Positions 29,177 through 35,722 of a stretch of 64,000 nucleotides of DNA are shown here, in pieces. The position numbers were made by a program, and so were the translations under genes. Below the pieces are notes generated by a model. It was not told the origin of the DNA. It worked only from the letters and a program-made list of their open reading frames with translations, and made no database searches. Within the stretch, counting starts at the first letter, position 1. Each line of letters starts with the position of its first letter. The stretch comes from a virus, in IMG/VR virus record IMGVR_UViG_3300035142_000037, positions 1 to 64,000 of that record; one strand, 5' to 3'.

Positions 29177-29325
29177 TTGACTTTTTTTCCGGTATCTGAT
29201 ATATTATGTATGTGTATGTACCGGTTTGCTTCATATGATACTCCTTTGTATTTTTCTCCTTTCTTCTTAGCATACACATTTATCCGGTTCGGCAGTTCCC
29301 CCATTCTGCCGACCGGAAATTTTTG
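29177..29325 (+). promoter_or_regulatory. promoter TTGACT-16-TATATT + leader with 12-bp hairpin and U5
   Basis: Hairpin TCCGGTTCGGCAG/CTGCCGACCGGA at 29283-29317 followed by AATTTTT, upstream of 29341. Confidence 0.5.
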
Positions 29326-29340
29326 AAAGGCGGTTGAATA

Positions 29341-29589
29341 ATGAAAATTAAAAAAGGACCTGCATTTCTTATAACTCATATAACTTTTTTCGTTATGTTT
29401 CTGCTGATAGTTTTTTTTGCTCCGGATCAGTTGCTTGCAGCCGGGGTCCCGATCATACTCGCAATGGCGGCTAATATAGCCCAGTTCTGCGGGTTCCAGG
29501 TGGCTGACAACTGGCAAAAGGGGAAAAATTATCACTGGGAATTAGACAGTAACATGAAAAGCAAAACGGAAAAGATTGACTATAATTAG
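29341..29589 (+). CDS. holin-like two-TM protein
   Basis: 82 aa, two hydrophobic helices, first gene after a promoter, upstream of a peptidase gene. Confidence 0.45.
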   Translation: MKIKKGPAFLITHITFFVMFLLIVFFAPDQLLAAGVPIILAMAANIAQFCGFQVADNWQKGKNYHWELDSNMKSKTEKIDYN

Positions 29590-29603
29590 GAAGGACAGGG
29601 GAA

Positions 29604-30140
29604 ATGAAATGGCAAAGAACACTTATATTATGTATAGTATTATCCTTATTATCGGGTGCTTGTTATGGGCTGGAATCGGATACTGCATCTGTTTTACAAT
29701 TCAATCCGGAAAACTGCGTAATGTCCAGGCCAGTGAAAAATTACTTTCTGAACAACTTGAATCAGCAATTGCAACTATTGACCGACTTAACACAATTAAT
29801 GATATTAATAAATCCAGGATCGAAAGAGATGCAGAAACTATTGAGCAGCTACAAAGGGATATTCACGATACAAAGGAAAATTATAGAGAACTTGAACAGC
29901 AAAATAATCGACTCGGAGAAGCAAATAACCGACTTACAGAGCTCAAACGAAGAATGGAAGAAAGAGAACGAAAAGCAGGCGAAATTATTGAACAGCTTAG
30001 AGGAAAAGTTGAGCAATTCAGAGCAGATATTGAAGCGATACCAGAGACGTATATGGATTGAGAGGGTGAGCCTGATAACGGTGGCCGTGGCTGCGGTTAT
30101 ATGGGGAGCGAGACAAAGGAGGTATAAATGGAACGATTGA
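29604..30140 (+). CDS. alternative-frame ORF: signal peptide/lipobox-like N-terminus and C-terminal hydrophobic segment
   Basis: 178-codon ORF fully overlapping 29609-30061 in another frame; N-terminus MKWQRTLILCIVLSLLSGAC; fills the otherwise non-coding 30062-30127. Confidence 0.35.
   Translation: MKWQRTLILCIVLSLLSGACYGLESDTASVLQFNPENCVMSRPVKNYFLNNLNQQLQLLTDLTQLMILINPGSKEMQKLLSSYKGIFTIQRKIIENLNSKIIDSEKQITDLQSSNEEWKKENEKQAKLLNSLEEKLSNSEQILKRYQRRIWIERVSLITVAVAAVIWGARQRRYKWND
29609..30061 (+). CDS. N-terminal TM + coiled-coil protein (lysis accessory / i-spanin-like architecture)
   Basis: ATG at 29609, GGGG 8 nt upstream; purine-first, A/T-third codon pattern through the coiled-coil part. Confidence 0.55.
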   Translation: MAKNTYIMYSIILIIGCLLWAGIGYCICFTIQSGKLRNVQASEKLLSEQLESAIATIDRLNTINDINKSRIERDAETIEQLQRDIHDTKENYRELEQQNNRLGEANNRLTELKRRMEERERKAGEIIEQLRGKVEQFRADIEAIPETYMD

Positions 30141-30550
30141 AAAAACATAATATAATTAAGCGTATCACAATAAGCCTGATACTGGTTATAATTAATTTAG
30201 GATTATTCTGGCTTATAAGTTCTGCTTATAACATAATGGATATCCTGGATACCCGAAATCATGAGACAGAAGCACGAATAGTTTTTTATGCCATTGTATA
30301 TATAGCGGTTATTTTGAATGGCATGTTTATTTATCACCTGCCCAACTGGGTAGATTCCTGGGTGAAAGGGCAGGGCAAGTGGCATCTTGAGCATACTATA
30401 GCTTATTATAATAATATACTTGACAGAGATGAGGCAGAGCCTATTACTTTGAAGGGTATTTATAATGAGAATAAATCGAGAATTGAAGGTGCTTTAAAAA
30501 AAGCATTGATAGGTGAGAAGAATCTTAAAAAAATAGGAGGTAAGGAATGA
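30128..30550 (+). CDS. membrane protein (2 TM)
   Basis: 140 aa, AAGGAGG SD. Confidence 0.5.
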   Translation: MERLKKHNIIKRITISLILVIINLGLFWLISSAYNIMDILDTRNHETEARIVFYAIVYIAVILNGMFIYHLPNWVDSWVKGQGKWHLEHTIAYYNNILDRDEAEPITLKGIYNENKSRIEGALKKALIGEKNLKKIGGKE

Positions 30551-31170
30551 AAAAGGTTAATGGAGAAAATATATATTATAGTCAGAAAAATAATGCATTT
30601 GTCGAAGTATTTCAAGATTATTTTTTTCGGGAATATGAAAAGGTAAGAGGGGAAGCAACCGGGGAGGTTAAAAAGACTTTAGATGACCTTCGTAGAAAAA
30701 TATTTCTACACGTCACATGTTTCCCTACCAGTATGGCGGATGGTATACATTCATGTGGCTGGCCGATGGATATTTTCCCTCCAGGTTTACAGCCCGAAGA
30801 TGGGATTATGTGCATACTTAATAACCCTGTGATTGCAAAAAAATTACACCAGGGTTCTCGATACGTACCGCCATCCTGGGCGTATAATGAGATACCGGAT
30901 TATTATCCTACTGCAATTAATGCAGCATGGGGAAATAAGCAGGTATGCAAATTTGAGCGAAATATTACAATACAGGAATATTCCGGGTATATCGATCATG
31001 GTTATTGCATAGCATATGCGCATCCTGGACATGTTATAATAGGGAAGGGGTATGATATTGTGAATGGCAAGACATTTAGGGTTTACAATGATCCATATCG
31101 AAAACCTAAAATGATAGAACCTGCGAAAACATTAGCCTGGGGAGTAGTGATTTTTCCGTTCCAAAAATAA
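30547..31170 (+). CDS. putative papain-like cysteine peptidase (candidate endolysin)
   Basis: 207 aa; candidate Cys (..HVTCFPTS..) and His (..HPGHVIIGKGYD..NDPY) arrangement; last gene of the membrane-protein cluster. Confidence 0.45.
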   Translation: MKKVNGENIYYSQKNNAFVEVFQDYFFREYEKVRGEATGEVKKTLDDLRRKIFLHVTCFPTSMADGIHSCGWPMDIFPPGLQPEDGIMCILNNPVIAKKLHQGSRYVPPSWAYNEIPDYYPTAINAAWGNKQVCKFERNITIQEYSGYIDHGYCIAYAHPGHVIIGKGYDIVNGKTFRVYNDPYRKPKMIEPAKTLAWGVVIFPFQK

Positions 31171-31215
31171 CCAAGGGGGTGGCAGTGCTCCCCCCCCCCC
31201 CCCCGTCCTTACCCG
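31171..31215. terminator. convergent-operon hairpin containing a C15/G15 run
   Basis: GGGGGTGG-7nt-C15; on the - strand the hairpin is followed by UUGGUUAUUUUUGG. Confidence 0.4.
31190..31204. repeat. homopolymer C15 (G15 on - strand)
   Basis: Counted directly: C at 31190-31204. Confidence 0.95.
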
Positions 31216-31274
31216 GACAGTATCCAGGCGATTACCCTCATCTAGCGTCGGGCGGCTGATCCGGGTTATTAAGG

Positions 31275-31520
31275 CTACCGGACGAGACCTTTTTTTGACC
31301 AACAATAATAAAACCCAAATGATCCCCATAAACCTATGGCGATATTTATTCCGCTTTTACCCATTGTAATATGGAATTCTATATTGAAAGTAGTTAGCCG
31401 CCAATTGAAAAATATTGCACCTCGCCGATTGAAATTCTTATCAACAATTTTCCAACTTGCATGAGCATGTATTTCATTTAGCAGATTTCGCTTAAAATAT
31501 ATTTCTTCTTTTATGATCAT
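31275..31520 (-). CDS. hypothetical protein with C-terminal hydrophobic segment
   Basis: 81 aa, GGAGGAA SD on the - strand. Confidence 0.5.
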   Translation of the reverse strand: MIIKEEIYFKRNLLNEIHAHASWKIVDKNFNRRGAIFFNWRLTTFNIEFHITMGKSGINIAIGLWGSFGFYYCWSKKGLVR

Positions 31521-31534
31521 GTCTTTATTCCTCC

Positions 31535-31753
31535 TTACATCCCTGCGAAATCAGATGAGCTCTGTATTGTTGCTATAACCCAGCTGCTATGAGTCATAGA
31601 GGTTTGTGTACATTTAGATTCCCGGCCAGATGGTAGATATTTTAATATTGCGGTATCTCCTTGAATATCTATTACTTTTATAACCGGGAGACCTCTTTGA
31701 GTAGATTTTAATTTATCTCCGATATGAATCGTAAATCCTTGACTATCTGTCAT
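31535..31753 (-). CDS. hypothetical protein ending in DFAGM
   Basis: 72 aa, AAGGAGGAA SD; last 18 nt identical to the 3' end of the upstream gene. Confidence 0.55.
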   Translation of the reverse strand: MTDSQGFTIHIGDKLKSTQRGLPVIKVIDIQGDTAILKYLPSGRESKCTQTSMTHSSWVIATIQSSSDFAGM

Positions 31754-31770
31754 AGTTTTCCTCCTTATTA

Positions 31771-32091
31771 TTACATCCCTGCGAAATCCAGGGTATTTAT
31801 ATCTATGTCACAAGGTGCCTGTGACATAATAGCCTTACGAGTTTTCAGGTATTTTCCAGGGGACATGTCAGAATTCAACATGTTGTCAAATTCTATCTGT
31901 TCGAGATTCCATCTTCTACGATCTGTATTATGTACTTTCATGGCAGCTATCACACAGCTTTTCCAATTCTGATAAGAAGTACCTGTCTTAATCCCTGCCC
32001 ATGACATCTTAAGTCCTTCTGATAGGGATAAGTTGTACTTGACTCTTAGGCTGTGGGCTTCGGTCATAATCTGGCTTAAATTATATTTCAT
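31771..32091 (-). CDS. hypothetical protein ending in DFAGM; N-terminus paralogous to 33859-34359
   Basis: 106 aa, first gene of the leftward operon, AAGGAGGAA SD. Confidence 0.6.
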   Translation of the reverse strand: MKYNLSQIMTEAHSLRVKYNLSLSEGLKMSWAGIKTGTSYQNWKSCVIAAMKVHNTDRRRWNLEQIEFDNMLNSDMSPGKYLKTRKAIMSQAPCDIDINTLDFAGM

Positions 32092-32111
32092 GTTTTCCTC
32101 CTTACATTGAT

Positions 32112-32140
32112 AATATACATCAATATGATATAAAAGTCAA
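32112..32140 (-). promoter_or_regulatory. leftward promoter TTGACT-17-TATATT
   Basis: Read on the - strand; drives 32091-31275 operon. Confidence 0.5.
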
Positions 32141-32148
32141 TAGGTCTC

Positions 32149-32177
32149 TTGACTTTTTTCACACAATATGATATATT
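32149..32177 (+). promoter_or_regulatory. rightward promoter TTGACT-17-TATATT
   Basis: Back-to-back with the leftward promoter (-35 boxes 8 bp apart). Confidence 0.5.
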
Positions 32178-32195
32178 TTTTCATGGAGGTACTTT

Positions 32196-32396
32196 ATGAC
32201 CATTAATCAATTAATAGAACGATGTAAAAGTGTTAAAGGTTTCCACCCACATCGTAGAGCAATATACCGGGAACTTCGAAACCTTAATATTCCCCGGGTT
32301 GGATATCGGGGGGAGTATAATATTACCATGGCACAGGCAAAGGAAATATTAAAGCATCTGCATACACACCGGGGAAGGCCGAGAAAGGAAATATAG
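32196..32396 (+). CDS. small basic DNA-binding-like protein
   Basis: 66 aa, GGAGG SD, first rightward gene; C-terminal RGRPRK (AT-hook-like). Confidence 0.55.
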   Translation: MTINQLIERCKSVKGFHPHRRAIYRELRNLNIPRVGYRGEYNITMAQAKEILKHLHTHRGRPRKEI

Positions 32397-32608
32397 TGAA
32401 AACAATATTTCTCACTGTGACTGATGAGTGGTACGCAGCAATCAAGGAATGTATGGATGCGTATAATATAACAGAACTCGGCGCTCTTGTACAAGGGTAT
32501 ATGGCTTATACTGCGATACATGTTGAGGATAACTTGATAGAAACTATGAGGTTGAAAAAATTAATTGAAACATTTGAGGAAAAGCTGGCCAAAGAAAAGG
32601 CAGGATAA
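32396..32608 (+). CDS. hypothetical protein
   Basis: 70 aa, GTG start abutting the upstream stop. Confidence 0.45.
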   Translation: MKTIFLTVTDEWYAAIKECMDAYNITELGALVQGYMAYTAIHVEDNLIETMRLKKLIETFEEKLAKEKAG

Positions 32609-32715
32609 TGTATTAATATAGAAGATACTTGAAAGTGCTTATAAAACCACTTAACAAGTGTTAAGAATATGGAAGAAAAAAAACAACATTTTTTTGATTT
32701 TTTTTCATAAAAACC

Positions 32716-32744
32716 TTGACAAATAAATCATACTGTGTTATATT
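32716..32744 (+). promoter_or_regulatory. promoter TTGACA-17-TATATT
   Basis: Consensus-like boxes preceding the purine-rich RNA. Confidence 0.5.
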
Positions 32745-32750
32745 ATATAA

Positions 32751-33003
32751 TAGAAAGGGTGAGGGAAACAGGGACGGAGGTTAATTGACAAGCAGCCGGG
32801 CGGTCGGAAGTGATCGCATCGGGGTTGAGGGCAGAAACCTGGAGGTGAGTACAGGCGGAAAGCGGGAAACCGAATTAGCCCAGGGCCAACCGAAACGGAG
32901 TGATTGAGAGAAGGAGTAACCAGGGAAACAGGGGCGTGTGACTTGAATACATACACTGCCGTTCAACTCGGCAGGTTTCCAGACGAAAGTCAGAGGAGGA
33001 ATC
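32751..33003 (+). ncRNA. purine-rich structured leader RNA (contains E1)
   Basis: Starts about 7 nt after TTGACA-17-TATATT; stops in all + frames; GNRA-capped hairpins (CGG-GAAA-CCG, GAC-GAAA-GTC); duplicated GGGAAACAGGG. Confidence 0.45.
32924..32980 (+). ncRNA. tRNA-like element E1 (acceptor-like stem + hairpin + T-arm mimic, no D-arm)
   Basis: GGAAAC/GTTTCC closing stem; GTGTG-9nt-CATAC hairpin; CTGCCG-TTCAACT-CGGCAG T-arm-like hairpin; 23 nt before ATG 33004. Confidence 0.4.
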
Positions 33004-33174
33004 ATGGAACTAAAAAGGTACGAAGTGAGGGAAAAATTTTCTCTACAAACTTTAGGCTCCTACGATACGAAGGAAGAAGCCTTTAATAGGCTTGCTTTTT
33101 TCTACGATTCAAAAATGCATAAATGGCATATTGCAATACAAATATATGACCATATAGAAAAAGTTGAAATCTAA
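33004..33174 (+). CDS. hypothetical small protein
   Basis: 56 aa (below track cutoff); AGAGGAGGA SD 5 nt upstream. Confidence 0.5.
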   Translation: MELKRYEVREKFSLQTLGSYDTKEEAFNRLAFFYDSKMHKWHIAIQIYDHIEKVEI

Positions 33175-33232
33175 TCAGTCCAGTGACAGGGGAGCGGGCG
33201 CTCCCCTTACCGGTTCAACTCCGGTTTGATTA
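33172..33232 (+). ncRNA. tRNA-like element E5 (tetraloop hairpin in place of anticodon arm)
   Basis: TAATCA/TGATTA closing stem; GGGGAGC-GGGC-GCTCCCC; ACCGG-TTCAACT-CCGGT; 26 nt before ATG 33259. Confidence 0.4.
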
Positions 33233-33258
33233 CATAGTCGAAAGACAAGGAGGGAATT

Positions 33259-33585
33259 ATGAAATTATATCACGCAACCCCAGAAAAATATTCTAACGAT
33301 ATCGGAAAGTATGGTCTTAGACCAAACGAATCTATCAAAAAATCAAATGATACAAGATTGAACATAGAAGCAGTTTACGGCTTTATCGATCAGGATAGTG
33401 CAATCAATTTTGCAATAGATAATTGCTGGGAATCATTTACGGTTTTTTGTTTTGATACTGGTGAAAACGAAGTAATTGAAGACACGGAATATGACGGGGA
33501 ATCAATAGCTGTTTTGACTGAAGAAAATATACCAGTATCGGCGATATCTGTAAAATATGATCATGGGATGAAAGTGAAAGAATAA
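33259..33585 (+). CDS. hypothetical protein
   Basis: 108 aa, AAGGAGGG SD; N-terminal KLYHAT...YGL.P. Confidence 0.55.
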   Translation: MKLYHATPEKYSNDIGKYGLRPNESIKKSNDTRLNIEAVYGFIDQDSAINFAIDNCWESFTVFCFDTGENEVIEDTEYDGESIAVLTEENIPVSAISVKYDHGMKVKE

Positions 33586-33595
33586 GGAGGAATGT

Positions 33596-33754
33596 ATGAA
33601 GAAAGAAATTGATGTATATAAATTTATCGATAGCCTCAATTTATCTGAAAAAGAAAAATTAGAACTTGCAAGCAGGATTATGCTTTATCTTACGTGGGAT
33701 ACGGAAAAACAAGAATATAATGATATTTACGAGAGTATAGAAAAAATAAAATAG
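33596..33754 (+). CDS. hypothetical small protein
   Basis: 52 aa, AAGGAGG SD. Confidence 0.45.
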   Translation: MKKEIDVYKFIDSLNLSEKEKLELASRIMLYLTWDTEKQEYNDIYESIEKIK

Positions 33755-33858
33755 CCATCACAGGGAAACAACACAGTAACCATGCTGGCGACACGGTACC
33801 GAGACCGTGTGTTTCCGTATTTTGCCGGCGGGCAGAAAACGCAGAAAGGCAGGTTATT

Positions 33859-34359
33859 ATGACCTATAATTTAAGTGAAATTATGAAGGCAGCCTGGGGA
33901 TACCGGGCAGAGGGAATGAGTCAGAGTGAGTCACTTTCCCAGGCTTGGAAGGATGTCAAGGAAAGTACAGAAGCCCTCATGGAACTCAAAAAAGAACTTA
34001 CCAGCCAACTCGACTGGGTTAATGCCCAGCTCGAAGCCAAAAAAAACAATAAGTCAATCTATGAATTCGATTTCTCATCAGATACCCGGAAGCGTGGTTG
34101 TTGTTATGCAGCCCGCATAACCGGTATAGATGATGAGGGAAAACTGATCCGTGAATTCATTAATCTTGACCGGGATTATAACAAGAATGATTGTAGAGTC
34201 TATGGAACATTCGAAATTACAGAAGGTGAAATTATCGAGATGCGGACCGGTGGATCATGGAAGAATGATTATAGAGATTTCTATATATGCAAGAATGGTA
34301 ATCTCGAACACCTGTGTAGCTCTTATGATAAGAAAACTGTCAAGGAATATTTGAAATAA
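33859..34359 (+). CDS. hypothetical protein; N-terminal 30 aa paralogous to 31771-32091(-)
   Basis: 166 aa; M.YNLS.IM..A...R......SE.L...W shared motif. Confidence 0.6.
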   Translation: MTYNLSEIMKAAWGYRAEGMSQSESLSQAWKDVKESTEALMELKKELTSQLDWVNAQLEAKKNNKSIYEFDFSSDTRKRGCCYAARITGIDDEGKLIREFINLDRDYNKNDCRVYGTFEITEGEIIEMRTGGSWKNDYRDFYICKNGNLEHLCSSYDKKTVKEYLK

Positions 34360-34393
34360 TCCCGGCGGGGTAGAAACGCAGAAAGGAATTACT

Positions 34394-34870
34394 ATGAAAG
34401 ATAACAGTATTATCAACAGCCTAAAAAGGCTAGAACGTGTGGGAGACGAAACCTCCCGAGTAACACAAAAGCTGAAAGATGCTTGTGTTAATGTGGCACA
34501 GGAAATTCTTGAAGTAATCAAGGATTCTGGTATTATTGATGTACCTGATTATTATGACGGAATTGTAGAGTATCAATTACCTTGCTATCTTGTTGACGAA
34601 GAAAGATTTACTACGCAAAAAGCGGAAAAAGAGGATACGAACAAAAAACGGCATATCGTAAGATTGTATGTTGATTGCCAGGATAATTGGTGGCTTGCAT
34701 ACAATGATTCCGGGGTCACAAATAGCAAGCTTACAGGTGAACCTTCCAGAGAAGATGCTCTGTCCTTTGCCTGGATTGTCAGCAAAGGATTGGTTGGTGC
34801 CGTGGCTGGCTGGATTGAAGCTGAAAAGAAAAAAGATGAAAAAAGAATAGAAATGCTTGCAATAGAATAA
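34394..34870 (+). CDS. hypothetical protein
   Basis: 158 aa; shares a 25-nt 5'UTR motif with 33859. Confidence 0.6.
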   Translation: MKDNSIINSLKRLERVGDETSRVTQKLKDACVNVAQEILEVIKDSGIIDVPDYYDGIVEYQLPCYLVDEERFTTQKAEKEDTNKKRHIVRLYVDCQDNWWLAYNDSGVTNSKLTGEPSREDALSFAWIVSKGLVGAVAGWIEAEKKKDEKRIEMLAIE

Positions 34871-34993
34871 CAACGGAAGAGCGTCCCTGCGGGGGCGCTC
34901 TCCTCTATGCGGCTGCCTTGCTTGCAGGACAGCTACACGGAGGTAGCTCCGAAAATACCCGGTCCCCAGGGTTAAGGGGAGAGGAGAAGTAGT

Positions 34994-35218
34994 ATGAAGA
35001 ATTACAGAGTCACTATAATAAGAAGGGTGTTAGACAGGGAAGTGGAATTTTGTATTCCGATTCGTGGGGAAAACGAAGAAGATGTCAGACAATATGTAGA
35101 GAATGAATTTATTCCCGAGATGGCAAAGGGTAGAACTTCTCTATGCATATATGATCCTAATGCAGTATATTGTATAGAGAAAATCACCCACCCCCGATTA
35201 AGGGGAAAGGAGAAGTAG
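34994..35218 (+). CDS. hypothetical protein
   Basis: 74 aa, GAGAGGAG SD. Confidence 0.55.
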   Translation: MKNYRVTIIRRVLDREVEFCIPIRGENEEDVRQYVENEFIPEMAKGRTSLCIYDPNAVYCIEKITHPRLRGKEK

Positions 35219-35219
35219 T

Positions 35220-35480
35220 ATGTATAACAAAGGATTTCGCTTGAGGCAAGGGAATTTTTGCCTGCGGGAATTGAAAAATGGAACGCTATCATCAAGTCAT
35301 GATGATTGCGAGAATTGTAAATTCCTGATATCTTGTCATGATCCCACGGCAAAAATTATCTATGCAAACTACAGGTGCCCTTATTGTAATTATAAGGGTG
35401 TAGAGGTAAAGTATAAAGGTAAATTTTTTCATAAAGATTGCCTTGGAAAATTAAAGAAACAATTAAAACCCCAGGGTTAA
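35220..35480 (+). CDS. Zn-ribbon-like small protein
   Basis: 86 aa; CENC...C and CPYC motifs. Confidence 0.55.
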   Translation: MYNKGFRLRQGNFCLRELKNGTLSSSHDDCENCKFLISCHDPTAKIIYANYRCPYCNYKGVEVKYKGKFFHKDCLGKLKKQLKPQG

Positions 35481-35499
35481 GGGGAGAAAGAGGAGAACT

Positions 35500-35712
35500 A
35501 TGAAGATGGAAATATTAGAAAAACTTGATGGTTGCATATTCAGTAACGGTGAACATGATGTATGTAGCATATGCGGGAAAACCGCAGAGTTACGGCCATA
35601 TGGGAAAGGCGGGGCATGGATATGTTATCCATGCATGATGAAGGATAAGAACCTTCAAAAAAACGCCGAAAAAATAATCACTGCTTTTGTGACAGCAATT
35701 ATAGATTCATAG
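35500..35712 (+). CDS. Zn-ribbon-like small protein
   Basis: 70 aa; CSICGK ... CYPC. Confidence 0.55.
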   Translation: MKMEILEKLDGCIFSNGEHDVCSICGKTAELRPYGKGGAWICYPCMMKDKNLQKNAEKIITAFVTAIIDS

Positions 35713-35722
35713 GGGGAAAAGT

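Noticed and set aside
32738-33086. ORFs 32904-33086(+), 32738-32956(-) and 32781-33005(-)
   Set aside because: They overlap the purine-rich leader. The + ORF is out of frame with the well-signalled 33004 start (AGAGGAGGA SD). The - strand products are Pro/Ser/Cys-rich artefacts of the C-rich antisense strand.
33209-33232. attP core derived from a tRNA 3' end (T-arm + acceptor-like sequence)
   Set aside because: No integrase or excisionase is recognisable in the window, and similar T-arm mimics recur at several sites. They are better interpreted as RNA elements. This cannot be excluded without the rest of the genome.
33764-33816. A further tRNA-like element (GGAAACA/TGTTTCC closing stem with ACACGGT-ACCGAG-ACCGTGT hairpin)
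   Set aside because: It shares the closing-stem sequence with E1 but has no T-loop-like hairpin, so it is not counted in the tRNA-like family. It remains a structured intergenic element.
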